A stretch of DNA of 56,307 nt, filler included, from Trypethelium eluteriae (GCA_051942245.1; 2 parts of 2 records of this genome joined end to end with filler, not necessarily neighbours in it); one strand, 5' to 3'. Positions 1 through 12,351 are shown, numbered from the whole stretch's first letter. The notes: generated from the sequence alone by a model not told the origin. Made by a program: numbers and translations.

Positions 1-12
1 GGGTGTTGACAT
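1..12 (-). CDS. Possible start (ATG TCA ACA CCC) of a gene running off the left edge
   Basis: Minus-strand ATG at 12-10 in good fungal context (CCGCCAAG ATG), preceded by a CT-rich leader. Only 4 codons are visible. Confidence 0.3.
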
Positions 13-713
13 CTTGGCGGGGTCGGTAGGAGAGATAGTGAGAAGCCGTAAGTGCGAAGTAGGCTGTGTCAGAAGTAGCTGATGAGGTGGTGAACGGCCA
101 CGCGGTGAGTGAAAAATGACGTGCGAGCTAGACGCGTCGAGCTTCAAGTTGAGGCGCGTGATACCTGTTGTCGGGAGGCATCCTTACCCTCACTCCCTCA
201 CTGAGGTCAAGAAGAGGCTTAACGCTAATTAGGCAATTGCAATATCGTATTATGTTATTATGCTTGAGTTTTGACAGCACATAGATCTGACCTCTTCTGG
301 GTGCTGCTATGATGCAGGTCACTCCCAATGGAGTAGTAGATGCCCCGGGTGCAGTCTCTGTGAAATATCTTATTTACACCTTCAGACCGGACAAGGAGAA
401 AGAGCTCGATGTGTGATGTCAGCTAGCAAGATGAAGACCGCAGCAAGAAAGCTATGCTACTGAGAACATTGGTGGCATTATTAGCATCCAGCTAACTACG
501 AATACATGGATCGAGAAGCCCAGTGGAAGACAATGGAGGTACCCAATTGCGCATAGCTATTAGAAAATCGACCCCCCCGAAATATCCCGATGCTAGCGCA
601 AATTAAAGCCTTATCGCAATCGATCTAGAGGATTTAGGTACTAAGTCCACGATCCCGGGCCATGCTCTTCGTGTTATTCTCAAGTTAAGCCAGTCCATAC
701 GATCGTGCGCACT

Positions 714-2232
714 CTAGGGCTTGGATTGAACGACGTTCATTTCCAGCTCTTGATAGTCAGCGTTCGCGGATTTCTTAACCATGTCGGTGCCCTCGACCTT
801 GCCACAGAGCTAGAATTCAAAGTTAGCTTCTAATCTGTCCCGCTCGTGCTCGGCCTAACTTACAGTCTCAACGATGATACCGGTGATCTGATAAGGATCG
901 CCATTTGATGCCGGCCTACGGTCCTCGAAGTATCCCTTGCCCTCTTCCGCACAGGCACGGTTCACACGGACACTTGAGCCACGATTGGCGACGCCCCACG
1001 TAAACTTGTCATAGGATGCTGTCTCATGCGCACCAGTCATACGAGCCTGGTTACCCTCACCGTACACATCCATATGTTGAACATGGCGCTTAGATAGCTT
1101 CTCCATAGCCGCCTCAATGTGCTTCATGCCACCATCCTCGCGCATTTCCTTAGTGGAGACGTTGGTATGGAGACCAGCGCCGTTCCAGTCACCAGGGATG
1201 GGCTTGGGTGCAAAGGTAACCTTAACACCAAATTCTTCGGCGACGCGGTGGAGGAGGAAACGGGACATCCATAGTTGATCACCCACTGGAGACTGATGAG
1301 TATATCACTTACAAATAGAAGTGCTCGGGTGTGAGCTGTTGAACTTACAGTCGATGCCCTCGCATGGGCCGACCTGATACTCCCACTGTCCAGGCATAAC
1401 CTCTGCGTTCGTACCGCTAATATTGACTCCTGCGTACAGACAGGCTTTGTAGTGCGCCTCAACAATGTCCCGACAGAACACCTTGCCGGTACCCACACCA
1501 CAGTAGTAGGGTCCTTGCGGTGCAGGGAAGCCGTTCTGGGGCCAACCATATGGCCAACCGCTGTACTGCAGCAAAGTGTATTCTTGCTCAAGACCGAACC
1601 AAAACTCATGCTTTGCGTGAGCAGTCATGAGTTTGTTGGCATCAGCACGGAAGTTGTACATGTTTGGCTTGCCATCCGACATCCAGGTTTCGCACATGAC
1701 AAGGATATTTTCACCGAGGCGGAAAGGATCAGGATACATTGCGACAGGACGGAGGTAGACGTCGGAGTTGTCGCCTGGGGCTTGGCTGGTCGAGGAACCG
1801 TCGAAGTTCCATTCGGGGAGTTCCTTGACATCTTTGGGGGCTTTCTTCAAAGTCTAGCAATTGTGAGAAGTCAGAACCGCAGTTTGAGGGTCGTTTGTTG
1901 AGTAGAGCAATTGATAAGGGGAGGAATTGGCCGAATGGTTTGGAGTCCCTTGCGCAGCTTGCAAACGAGCCGCAAGTTTTCATTGTCAGCTTACCTTGCA
2001 TTTTGACCGAACGCCATTCGAAGCATCTATCCAGACATATTCGGCAATGATCGAACCTTTTTGAGGGAGCTTCAGATATTTCTCAAGCTATTAGAGCGGT
2101 GAGTATCCAGAAATGCGAGGTTTGTGCGGATTGAATATTTACATTGGCGGTATTGGAGATGATAGTAGAGTCAGCCTGGACGCATCAGTGGAATTCTGGC
2201 CGAGACACTCCGGAGCAATAGGGTCTTACCAT
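714..2232 (-). CDS. GLN1: Glutamine synthetase (type II), 6 exons
   Basis: Exons 2232-2230 (ATG only), 2175-2143, 2087-1995, 1853-1349, 1285-864, 809-714. Motifs [67 protein letters not shown]. Confidence 0.97.
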
Positions 2233-3823
2233 AGCTCCTATACTTTATAGGTAGTAGCTCTTTCGTTCCAAGGCGTTCGTGGAGCACTGCAAATCGCGAT
2301 TGAAGTGAAGATAGCAAAAGGTTTGGGGGCAGACAAAGCAAGGAAACCCCAGAATTCTATAGCGGAGAAGGGGAAAGAGGCGAGGGCGTGATAAGAATTC
2401 ACAAAGTAATCGTTGGGGTGCGGGTGTATTTAGATGGGGTTGCCAAGGCAAGAGAGAATAGCTTGGCGACCATCGCTGTGTCGCGGACCCCCCGCTGGTC
2501 GATCATGTTGAGGCTAAGTGTCAAGCCGGGCTCCAGTGGCTGCCTACCCTGGACACAGTGCGCCTGCTTTGGGGGTTCCAGACACACAGGACAAAAAAGA
2601 AAATCTGCTGTCAGGCGATTACATCACACCCCGGCCCCTATCACTACCAATTAGGCTGCCTGCTATCTCGGGTATCTGGACACATGGCCATGGGGAATGG
2701 CCTAAGCAGGTATCTATGCTGAGAATTGGACCAATCAGATCAAGCGGCCTGAACGTCCTCAACATCACCTTCAAGATCCGCATTCGATAGAAGCACCGAA
2801 GTGTTCTTGACTCCAGTTCTCCGGTTGCGGCACCCACCGTACCCATGCACCCATGTGTTTCGAGCCCTTTCGGAAAACCCCAATCCCAGCACTGGCTCGT
2901 GTCTTCGTACGGCTTCGGCCGAGGATGCCTGAAATTTTCTCTTCACCGCCTCAGAAATGACTCCTATCGTCAAGCATTCTGCATTTCATCCACGATTCCA
3001 GTCCATGATATTATGTAACTATATACCCGAGATGTTGTTTGCCATTACACTATTAGGTCAATCTCTGATAAGAGGGCCTCGCGCTTTATGCAACTCATTC
3101 GACGGCCCAACGCCATCTTCCTCTTTCTGCCTCGCGCCCGGCGCTTACCCCACGAGGATCCTATCTCACCCGGTGCAGCAATCACTTATACAATTCCAGA
3201 CTTCTGTCACCAGTATCCTTGCTTCAGAGCTCGTTCCTGCAGCGAATCGAGCAACCCTACCTCTTTATGCCCTGTGATTGTGGCGAAGACAGCCTCCCAA
3301 CCAGTGCAGCACCGCAGTACGCCTTATCACCTTATATTGCCCCCTTAAATGTAGAATCCCACGTTCAGGACAGATGCGCATCGTCGAGGGCTGCGGTCGA
3401 CGGGAAGAGGTTACGACGCGCGGCTCCTTCAGCTCGGCAAGAATGCACCAGTGCCTGCCCCGCCTTCTTTTTTTTTACAAAAAGCCACAGTCAGGGTCCG
3501 GCAAGCTCCTTATCGTGGCCAATCGGGAGCGGCTCTTGTTGCACTGCGTAATCCACATGAAAGACTCCTCCCGAGGAGTGACTTCCACTCGAGCAGAGAT
3601 CGCAAAATTGAGTGACTATCGCATGTGAATTTCAAAATGAACAGCATGTTTCTACAGCGCACAGAACATAACGTCCTGTCAACTACGAAATTATGTCAAT
3701 GGTTCAATACCACCTCAGACTGATGATAACATTGGTGACATATATACAAGACGAACTTAAGAAATCGCATGCCCACGTCTCCTTTCCTATGTCATGCACT
3801 CCTCAATGCCAACCGCTGCACCC

Positions 3824-5377
3824 TCATAAGCTCTCTTCAGTGAAATTTGTGGTCAACAAATTCTTATTTCCCGGCAAAATGAACGGTTTTGTCTTCGGCA
3901 GCCGACTAACCGTATCGTCCGAAAATCCTAGATGATCCTTCACCACTTGCGGCGGCGTGAGTCCCAACCACTGGCCAACGGAAATATCATTGTAGATCGG
4001 CGCCTGCAGTACTTCTAGGTATACCACCGTCTCGTTTCCGGTATTCTCGAGATAATGCGCGTCGGGAACAGGTATGTATCCGACATCGCCGGCCTGGAAG
4101 TCGAACGTTCGCGAGTTCTGTGGCGCGATGAAGACGGTAAGACGTGCCTGTCCGGCAAGGAAGTAATTCCATTCGTCAGACTTGGTATGCCAATGGATCT
4201 CGCGCATTGCGCCGGGCTCGATGGTGATCAGGGCTGCCGCGAAGTTCGATGCAATGGGGAAGTTCTCCGTGTCGATAATCTTGATGCTACCGCCAGGGAC
4301 CTCATACGGTGCTTGTTGCGAGAAGTGATAGGAGTAACTCTGTTCTTTGGGGATTGCGCCCGCAGGGCCCGTGATGTTTTGCTCTTGAATATCATCGGGT
4401 TCTGGAGTGCCCGGAAAAATGTACAGCTGGCCGTCTGGGATATTGTCCAAGGCCGACACATCGGCGCGTATGTCTTTCGCAAGTACGGACTTTGGATTAC
4501 GTTCAAAGAGTTCAGAGACGAGGAAAGTATTGTCTTCGCTGAAAGTGCCATCGTCAAAGACAAGGAGGAACTCAACTCCGGTATCTCGTGCTTGGATAGA
4601 GTGCGGAATACCGGCTGGGAAGAACCAAACATCTCCTGCTGTCAGGTCGTCCGTGAAGGTTTGACCGGCTTCATTCACTGCGGATAGACGAACAGAGCCG
4701 TTCAGGATGAGAGACCATTCGTTAGCCTTGTGCCAATGAAGTTCCCGGTAAGCGTGTGCTTCGAGACGCATGTCAACACCTGCCATCGCTGTAGCGAGGG
4801 GCATCTCATCCACGTTCTGCTGACGTGCCCACCCAGCTCCCTGGAGCCCGTGACGGTTGTGTGATAATCCGAGCGGCCACTTGGCATTCGGAGCGTCTCC
4901 ACTGTCTGTGCCAGGGGGCGCAAAGAGATCGCTATTGATCTTGTCATAATTATAATTTCCTTATGTGCGTTAGCAGTTCTGAAACAGCAAGAAGCGGCTC
5001 GATCCTAACTCACGTGGGCCAGGATCTGTGGGAATTTTTCCATTGCCACCCCGAATGGGCTGTGGGTTCTTTACGGTGCTCATATCAAGAAAGATACCTA
5101 GATCAGAGTCTTCCGTCGAGCCAGGCGGTAATTGGAAGTCATCGGGTGAAATGTCCGTAGTCCCAGATGTGGCTTCAGGAATAGCAGGATTGAAGCCTAG
5201 GAGGGAAGACGGTCCGCGGAGACTTCCAGTTGCACCGGGTGGGCCGACTGGATCTGCTGTTGGAATGTCGATATTGGCTGGTGAGTCGATTCCTGCTTGA
5301 GGTGTTGGGAGAGCTGATAGTGGTGCAATGAGCTTGGTAGCGACAAAGATTGCCGTGAAGCGAATGGAGGACCTCAT
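3824..5377 (-). CDS. oxdC: Secreted bicupin oxalate decarboxylase
   Basis: Exons 5377-5014 and 4959-3824. Signal peptide MRSSIRFTAIFVATKLIAPLSA. Two Mn-binding cupin motifs RELHWHKANEW and REIHWHTKSDEW, plus GWARQQN. Lid FSEDNT. Confidence 0.93.
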
Positions 5378-7189
5378 CGTGAATGAGAAGTGCCGCAATT
5401 CTACAAGTCGAAATTGATCACCTAGCTCAGATTGAACATCCGCCAACTGGTCTTCGAAGGGAAGAGCAAGTGTCGTTTATGTACACACGCTCGGAAGATA
5501 TAGTAAGTTAGCGTGCCGTATACGTCAACGGGCATTTCATCATCGTCAACCTTGCCACCAGTCGCCAAGAGCTACTAGATGAAACTTTCATACTGAAAGA
5601 GGCAGCTTCATTAGGTCTGCAAGGTACCGGTACGCAAGGACGGCAGTCCGGCTCTAAGTCGCAAAGCCATTGCTTACCTAGACTGGGTGGGGCATTGCAG
5701 AATGATGAGGCTAGAGCTGGAGATCTGGGAGCACTAGGGGATGTGATGAGAGTGATATCATGAAGAAACATGCCAGGATGTCCAGGTTTTATCGTTATTG
5801 ATTGGACGGAAAGAGAATCTATTCTGAAACGTGCTTAAGGGTGAATGCTAAAGCATGAAAGAACACTATGAATAGAACGGCACTGAACGGCTAGAGCGGA
5901 ATTAGACAGGGGTACACTTTCAAGAACCCATTGCTTCGCATATGAACCCCATAACCAGGTATTCTACCATAAGGTACTCGAAAATCCGGGTGCGCGGCGC
6001 TTGTGCAGATGAGATGCGATATAGAAGGCCTTTCACCCACCCACCGTTGATCTCCAGTCAGTCCTTTCTCTTGTAGGCATCCGACATTTTCGCTGGCCAT
6101 CGAGCGAGGCCTCACTTCGGAACTGAGCTTTAGCATAAATGCGTACTAGGCATGTCGCTAGTTGGAGACGGAAAAGCACGAAGACCGTTGACCACCGTTG
6201 AGCACCGTTGACCTTGCCAAGATTGTGGGGTGGTGGGGTCGGGAAAGGAATCGGCGCGGTGCCTGCAGGACATGGGAGGTCCAAGCGCCTTCCCCCTATT
6301 TACTATTATGTACCTAGTGTGGTACTGAGTAAAATTGTGGGGAGAGGAGCTAGCGTCTTCGAACAAAGCTTATATCCACCATATCGGCAGCTGTGGTGAC
6401 CTCACAGGATCCTTAACCGTTGAAAGTCTACCTCTTCAATTCGGTTTGTTTGTGGGTTTTCCATCCTAAACACTTTAAGTCGGTGGGAGCGTAGGAGTAG
6501 TATAGGATACCTGGTTTGCCTCGGGCAAGCCAGAAAACCTCGGCCTGACGAACCTGAAAGTGGGACATAGCAGCATGCCTGTCTTATCTCGTCCAACTTT
6601 TCATCGCACCATAGCGGCAGGGAAGCTTCGATAGAAAAGCATACCCTGTCGCGACTGGACGATGCGTTCTGCCAGGGAGGGTAGGTGGCTCTAAGTGTGT
6701 CTGCCCTCCTCAGAATGATGGCCGATCCTGGCTTTATTCCTGCAGGTGCACACTGTGCTGCATAAAAAACGTAAACTGGAGATCATTCCGTAGAGCCCGC
6801 TTTTGCCATTAGGATACAGTATATGTGTATCCGGTCTCGACGATTACATGCCTGGCTCGAGACGTTCCCAATACATCCTAATGAGGTGACAGCAGTCCTG
6901 ATATATGCTGAATTCAAACATGGATGCAACTGCGGTGGATTTGATATGTGATCGCAAGTATGCAGAGCTCCGGGCTGTTCCGCGGTCAGCGCTTAAATAG
7001 CGTCAATCGGGGATAAATTGGACTTTCAATACAGACGAAACAAGAATTGAAATACTGAAGCCCTATCATCGCTCTAGAGTTGGTCATTGGTTCAAGTACG
7101 GAGCACAGCCCACCATTGTCAGGGGTTTGCTGACTTACATCGGTCAAACTAGGTATTCAAGAGCTGCCGAAAATAGAGACGGTGGTCTT

Positions 7190-7907
7190 TCAGTCCAGAA
7201 ACCCCATCTCTTCATCCATGATGCCTTGCAGACCTTGAGTTTGCCGGTGCGTTCCACTATTCACAGGTGGCCACACCTTGTGGACTTGTCTTAGGTCTTC
7301 AGATCGTGCGATCGCCACATCTAGTTCGCTAGAGGCATTCAGTTTGCTTGTGGACTAGATACGTACGTCCTGGGGCTCCATACTTGAGAATTCCCTGGAC
7401 GACATAGCCTTGCGTCGCCAAAGCTTCGGCCAGCTCAACCTGGTGGTTGTCCAAAAGCTCCGGATTCGGGACGACAATAAGAGGCACACCTATTCTCAAA
7501 GCAGCCAAGATCGATCCCGAGCCTAAAAAGTATAAATGGATATGTTCCGTATATATCAGGATGTTTTGGATATAAAACTCACCTGCGTGACTAATTACGA
7601 CGCCCTCTGTAGAGCCGGCACCACCTTTGGCAGCCATCATCTCTTGTGTAAGTCCTTCTGGGTTTAGACCAAACCCTCTGCACCGTAAACCAAGAGCATT
7701 TAGATCAGACTCATGTTGACTCAGCTCTTCAAACATGCTTCTGCCGTTCTTCCCATATTGTAAAAGCAAATCCGTATACCCGTTGTTCGAGAGCGTCCTG
7801 AGAAACTCAGGACGAAAACAAGCGCGAATTAGAGAATCAAAAGAAGCGGTGGCACCAATAGTTACGAAGCATAGCTTTTCAGACTTCTGTTGACTGTCAG
7901 AAGACAT
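7190..7907 (-). CDS. ALG13: UDP-GlcNAc transferase catalytic subunit Alg13 (GT28 C-terminal domain)
   Basis: Exons 7907-7583, 7522-7384, 7328-7190. Motifs CFVTIGATASFD, LLQYG, ISHAGSGSIL, VVPNPELLDNHQVELA. Confidence 0.92.
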
Positions 7908-8007
7908 TATGGCAGAGATCGGGAGCGTCAAGAACTTCTCTCACTACCTCTAGCTACCTACTGTAGTAGACTTGCTGCCCACGTCTTTGCCAAGCCGCCC
8001 CATCTCA

Positions 8008-8027
8008 AATGCGGAAATTTCCGCATT
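8008..8027. promoter_or_regulatory. Perfect 20-bp palindrome (CGG-N6-CCG) in the ALG13/RSM24 bidirectional promoter
   Basis: AATGCGGAAATTTCCGCATT equals its own reverse complement. It lies in the 192 bp between the two divergent ATGs. Function is inferred. Confidence 0.45.
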
Positions 8028-8099
8028 CCCTAAAATCCATCACATCCACCTCAGGACTAAACTTCCGACTTGAAGGTGATTGCTATTCTACTAGCAGCA

Positions 8100-9146
8100 A
8101 TGGCAGCGACTTTCAACCGGTTACGAGCGCGCGCATATCACTGTCCGCATTCTGTCTCATCTCGATTCATCTCCGTCTCTAACATCCAGCCTCCATGGGG
8201 GACCCCTTATGTCCGTCAATTTTCATCAACAACTACCACGAAATACCCCCCACCCAGTTCCAAAGGCGGCGATGGCCCTACGATCGGCGAGAATGTTGCT
8301 CCTGAACGCAATCCACCAGGCTTCTGGTCTTCAGGCGAGGAAGGCGAAGATCTTGGCGGCGATGAAGAATTCGAAGGTGATGACCTTACCGCGACAGGGC
8401 ACGCCGAGCTGGACGCCCATCGGGAATTGCGAGAATTTGCTAGGATCGCCGCATGGGAGATGCCGTTGCTATCAAGTAGAATTATCCCCACCACCAGTCT
8501 TTTGCGTCTCACACTACTAATATTTGTGGGAATGACAGAGCTAGCCAGACCTTTCAGTCCTCCAACAAAACAGCAACCCCTAAGATTCCGCTATACAACT
8601 CATCTCCACGAGACGCATCCATCATCTCCAAAGGTCGTCGTCGAATTCTGTCCGACAGACCTCCCCTCCCTCACGACGACTCAGACGAGCAAACTCATTA
8701 AGCTCGTCGGTTCCCGCTACAATCCCGCAACCCAAATCGTCAAAATGTCGTGTGATCGGCACACTGACTCCCGCGCCAACAAGGCTGAGTTGCTATCGAT
8801 GCTCGACGCGCTGTTAAAGGAGGTCAAAGAGGGTAAGGACAACTTTGAAGATGTACCGTTTGACTTCCGACACGCCGACACAAAACGGACAAGGAGGAGA
8901 GGGGAGTGGCTCGTGTTTCCCGAAGAATGGAAGATGACCGAGGAGAGGAGAAAAGCTTTGAGGGAATCGAAGGATCACGCACTGCTGGAGGATAAACAGA
9001 AGGCGGAGGTGGGCCAGTTAGTGGATGGGTATGAGGTGGTAAGAAAGGAGATGGAGAAGGCCTTAGGAAGAAGGGATCCAGTGATGGTAGAGGCGGGGAC
9101 GAGGACTGCTGAGAGCAGTGGAAGGCGACCCGGGAGGTTGGGATAA
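8100..9146 (+). CDS. RSM24: Mitochondrial small-subunit ribosomal protein mS35 (Rsm24)
   Basis: Arg/Ser-rich presequence, then GHAELDAHRELREFARIAAWEMPLL, PLRFRYT, KLIKLVGSRYNP, DNFEDVPFDFRH. Probable 63-nt intron 8476-8538. Confidence 0.9.
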   Translation: MAATFNRLRARAYHCPHSVSSRFISVSNIQPPWGTPYVRQFSSTTTTKYPPPSSKGGDGPTIGENVAPERNPPGFWSSGEEGEDLGGDEEFEGDDLTATGHAELDAHRELREFARIAAWEMPLLSSRIIPTTSLLRLTLLIFVGMTELARPFSPPTKQQPLRFRYTTHLHETHPSSPKVVVEFCPTDLPSLTTTQTSKLIKLVGSRYNPATQIVKMSCDRHTDSRANKAELLSMLDALLKEVKEGKDNFEDVPFDFRHADTKRTRRRGEWLVFPEEWKMTEERRKALRESKDHALLEDKQKAEVGQLVDGYEVVRKEMEKALGRRDPVMVEAGTRTAESSGRRPGRLG

Positions 9147-9527
9147 TGTGGTACTTTCTGATTGATTATCCGAAATACGGACGGCGGTGTTATAGGAGCA
9201 GTCCATGTTCGTCCTTGGGATGCCAAGGTATGAACATATCGGTGGGAGACAGCGTTGTCACTACTACAAATGCCCGTATTCTCATGAAGCCAAGCATGAA
9301 TGCTATAAGAGTAAGAACTAGGGTTGATCGTCAGGGCTTAATACTGAAATCTGCACCGATCTTCAGGTCGAACGCGCTGGCGTGTAAGCATGACCATATC
9401 TGCTGGTGTTACCCTCACGCTGTGCCTCAGCACTTCCATCCTGGTTTGTGTCCCCTGAAGCGCCGGTGCAGCCATCAAAAAAAATCCCGTCACTCTTGAC
9501 AAGGCTTATCCGTGGCATCTCTTCCCT

Positions 9528-10804
9528 TTATGCCCTTGACATCACACCCCAGGCCCGAATCTTATTGTCTGTGTATCCCGCAAAGAGCGTCTGTCCATCT
9601 GCACTCCATGCCAAGCTCACACATTCCGGTTCTCGGCTCTTCTTACCCTGATCCAGATACTCCGGTTTCAGCTCATCAACCTTACTCTTCTTCTCCAAGT
9701 CGAAGATAATGATTGAGGTCGCGGTCGCGGCGCAGAGCCAGTAGCGGTTGGGAGAAAATACGAGAGCATGTATTTCGTCGCCAGCAGTCAGAGAGTAGAG
9801 GTGCTTGGATTCGTTGAGGTCCCAAAGCATAGTGGTACCATCCTTACCACCAGATGCACAGAGGGAGCCATCTGGAGATATTGTGACAGTGTTGATATAG
9901 CCGGTGTGGCCAATATGATCGGTTTGGATGCGGCAAGATGAGAGCTCCCAGACCTGTTTGAGGAAAGATTAATTCAGTCTGTTCTGAGATTTTTCTGCGC
10001 TGAAACAAAGGCTCGATGTATTAAGTTATATCAGTGTGAGGTGATGGGTTGTCTCATAGCCAAGGGCTCTGAAGTAGCAAATACAGTGTTTCACAGTAGC
10101 ATCATTTGGGTTGAAGGTCCATTGCAAAGCAAGATGCAGCAGGCCGTAAGAAACATCATCCACTACTCACTTTGACAATCTTGTCCCATCCAGCGCTAAC
10201 GATGACTGGATTTTGAGGGTTAGGACTAAACCTCACGCAACTGACCCACTCAGTATGACCCTTGTCGGTGATGGTGAATTTGCAGTCTCCGAGTGTGTTC
10301 CATAGCTTTATCGTTCGGTCTCGCGAGCCTGAAACAATTTGTCTGTTATCTGCAGAAAAGGAAACGGAAAGGACGTCGTTAGTGTGGCCAACAAATCGCC
10401 TCGTGGTGGCACCAGTCGAAAGCTCCCAGAGGCGAAGAGTCTTATCCCACGACGAGGAGAGAGCATAAGCGCCGTCAGACGAGATGACCTAAGGAACAGA
10501 GTGTTAATGTAGACTTTTGCTCATGTCGATCCAGAGCCACATACACAATCCGAGACAATGTGGGAGTGGCCCTTGAGGCTACGTTTCGGGTATCCGTATG
10601 CAGAATCGTCGCGGGTGAGGTTCCAGATGATCAGAGTCTTATCCCTACTGCCAGAAAGGAGCATGTTTGGACTGCGCATCGGTTAGCGCTTCCTAACATC
10701 GCTTTTTAGAATTTTGAGAATACAAACTTCTCGAGCGAAGTGGCCAGGCTGGTCACCCAGCCATTGTGGCCTTCAAGGGTCCCTTTAAGAACCAACTGCT
10801 CCAT
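9528..10804 (-). CDS. cpc2: RACK1/Asc1/CPC-2 WD40 40S ribosomal protein, 4 exons
   Basis: Exons 10804-10728, 10671-10545, 10488-10171, 9953-9528. [23 protein letters not shown] start, [35 protein letters not shown] end. Confidence 0.97.
10029..10109 (-). ncRNA. snR24: Intronic box C/D snoRNA U24 (snR24 homologue)
   Basis: In RACK1 intron 3 (9954-10170): box C ATGATG (10105-10100), guide TATTTGCTACTT with D' CAGA (10083-10068), C'-like ATGAGAC, box D CTGA (10034-10031). U24 is known to be hosted in the yeast ASC1 and Aspergillus cpcB introns. The guide is complementary to LSU rRNA AGUAGCAAAUA. Ends are approximate. Confidence 0.85.
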
Positions 10805-11656
10805 GTTGTCTTGAATGAGCGGTCGGACAGTTTGAATTGCTCGAGTCAAGTCACTGGTGCGCAGCGAGCAGATGTAATTAGTGATGCAACACCGCGGTTT
10901 CTCATGGAGGTTGTCGGTGTCAAATCACCACCTGTGCCGGCACTAGGCTTACCTAGGAAGTATAGACGATGAAGCCACCACAGTTTTGCCGTCTGCCCCT
11001 CCAGCATGGATTCCACACCGCCCAGTCCTTGACCCGCCCTCTCTGGAGTCTGACACAAGCGTGACAAGCTGTCGATTTTGACACCTCTATTAATCATAAT
11101 TTAGCTCTAGATCCATCCAACTATTAGCACCATCCATGTTGTCAATTTGTTTACAGTAGTTGAAAAAATACAATAAATCTGATTCAATAAATAAAATGAC
11201 AAATTTGAACTGTAGGGGCATTAGAGAGCCGATTTCTGACCCGGAGAGTCGCTTCAGATAAGGCGTGCCTGAGATACGGGGTATGGTGGGTATATTGCAT
11301 ACGTCACATCTGCTACAACCTACTTCTACATGGTTAAGGTAGGGCATACGAGGTTTACACTAGGGTTGACGCTAAAAGCATTCATTGGCCCAAACCTGCT
11401 CCAATACCGATTCAACAGCCCCGCAAACCAGCTGGCTTGGCCTGGTATTTGTCAAAGCATTGCTCTGGGCCACTTAGAATGAAATCTCTTCCGCCGTGAC
11501 GTGAGGCAATAGCGGAGCCCGAGGTTAGCGAAAACACTTCAAAATGGTATATTACCTTAGAAATCCCTTCCTTGGGTTTGCCGAGAACTACGAAACTAGG
11601 AAAGATTTCAAAGCGCTCAACGTATTTCAACGAATTCAAGCATCTTAAGATCGATC

Positions 11657-12156
11657 ATGCCATCTGGTACTTGCGCCTGTGGGAAGGTGAAGATTAGTTA
11701 CGAGGGTGAACCAAAGGCCAAGGTATGTTCTAGTGCATAGGTGGGTTCGGGATATTTGAAGAGGCTACCTGATAGATTTTGCTCAGATTACATACTGACT
11801 TGCCAAAGGCTCTCTGCCATTGCGCCGACTGTAAGAAAATCACCGGCAGCACCTATAGCACCAATGTTCTTGTTCCCGATGATGACTTCAAAGTCGTTTC
11901 TGGCTCGCCTAAGGAATGGGCCAAGAAAGCTGATGGCGGGAACACCATCACAAGCCACTTCTGCGGTGATTGCGGTACGACCCTGTGGCGGGACGGCGCA
12001 ACTTTTCCCGGCATCAAGATCATCAAATACGGCACAATGGATGACTCGGAATCGATCGAGTTCGCGAAACCTGCGATGGAGCTATATGCGTCGCAGCGGG
12101 CCTCGTGGGTACCCGAGATACCTGGATCTCAGCAACTCTCCGGAATGCCATCTTGA
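11657..12156 (+). CDS. GFA/Mss4-like (CENP-V family) zinc-binding protein
   Basis: Exons 11657-11722 and 11809-12156. Motifs GTCACG, CHCADCKK, HFCGDCGTTLW. Confidence 0.88.
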
Positions 12157-12351
12157 AGGGTTCATAGAAATGGGTATCGTCGGCCACTGATCTAAGAAGG
12201 GACCGTAGTTGTCGTCATTTCCATGATCGCTCCCGAATAGTGGCAGCCACTCAGACTGCTGGGGCTGATCTTTCCTGCCTGAAGCTGATGCTGTTGGATC
12301 TCCATAGAAAACATTCTTTTACAATCAATTCATTCTCCAGCTTCCTTACAA

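Noticed and set aside
4905..4930. Suspected frameshift in oxdC at the G run
   Set aside because: Five G's give GCG CCC CCT GGC (APPG) in frame. The gene is intact.
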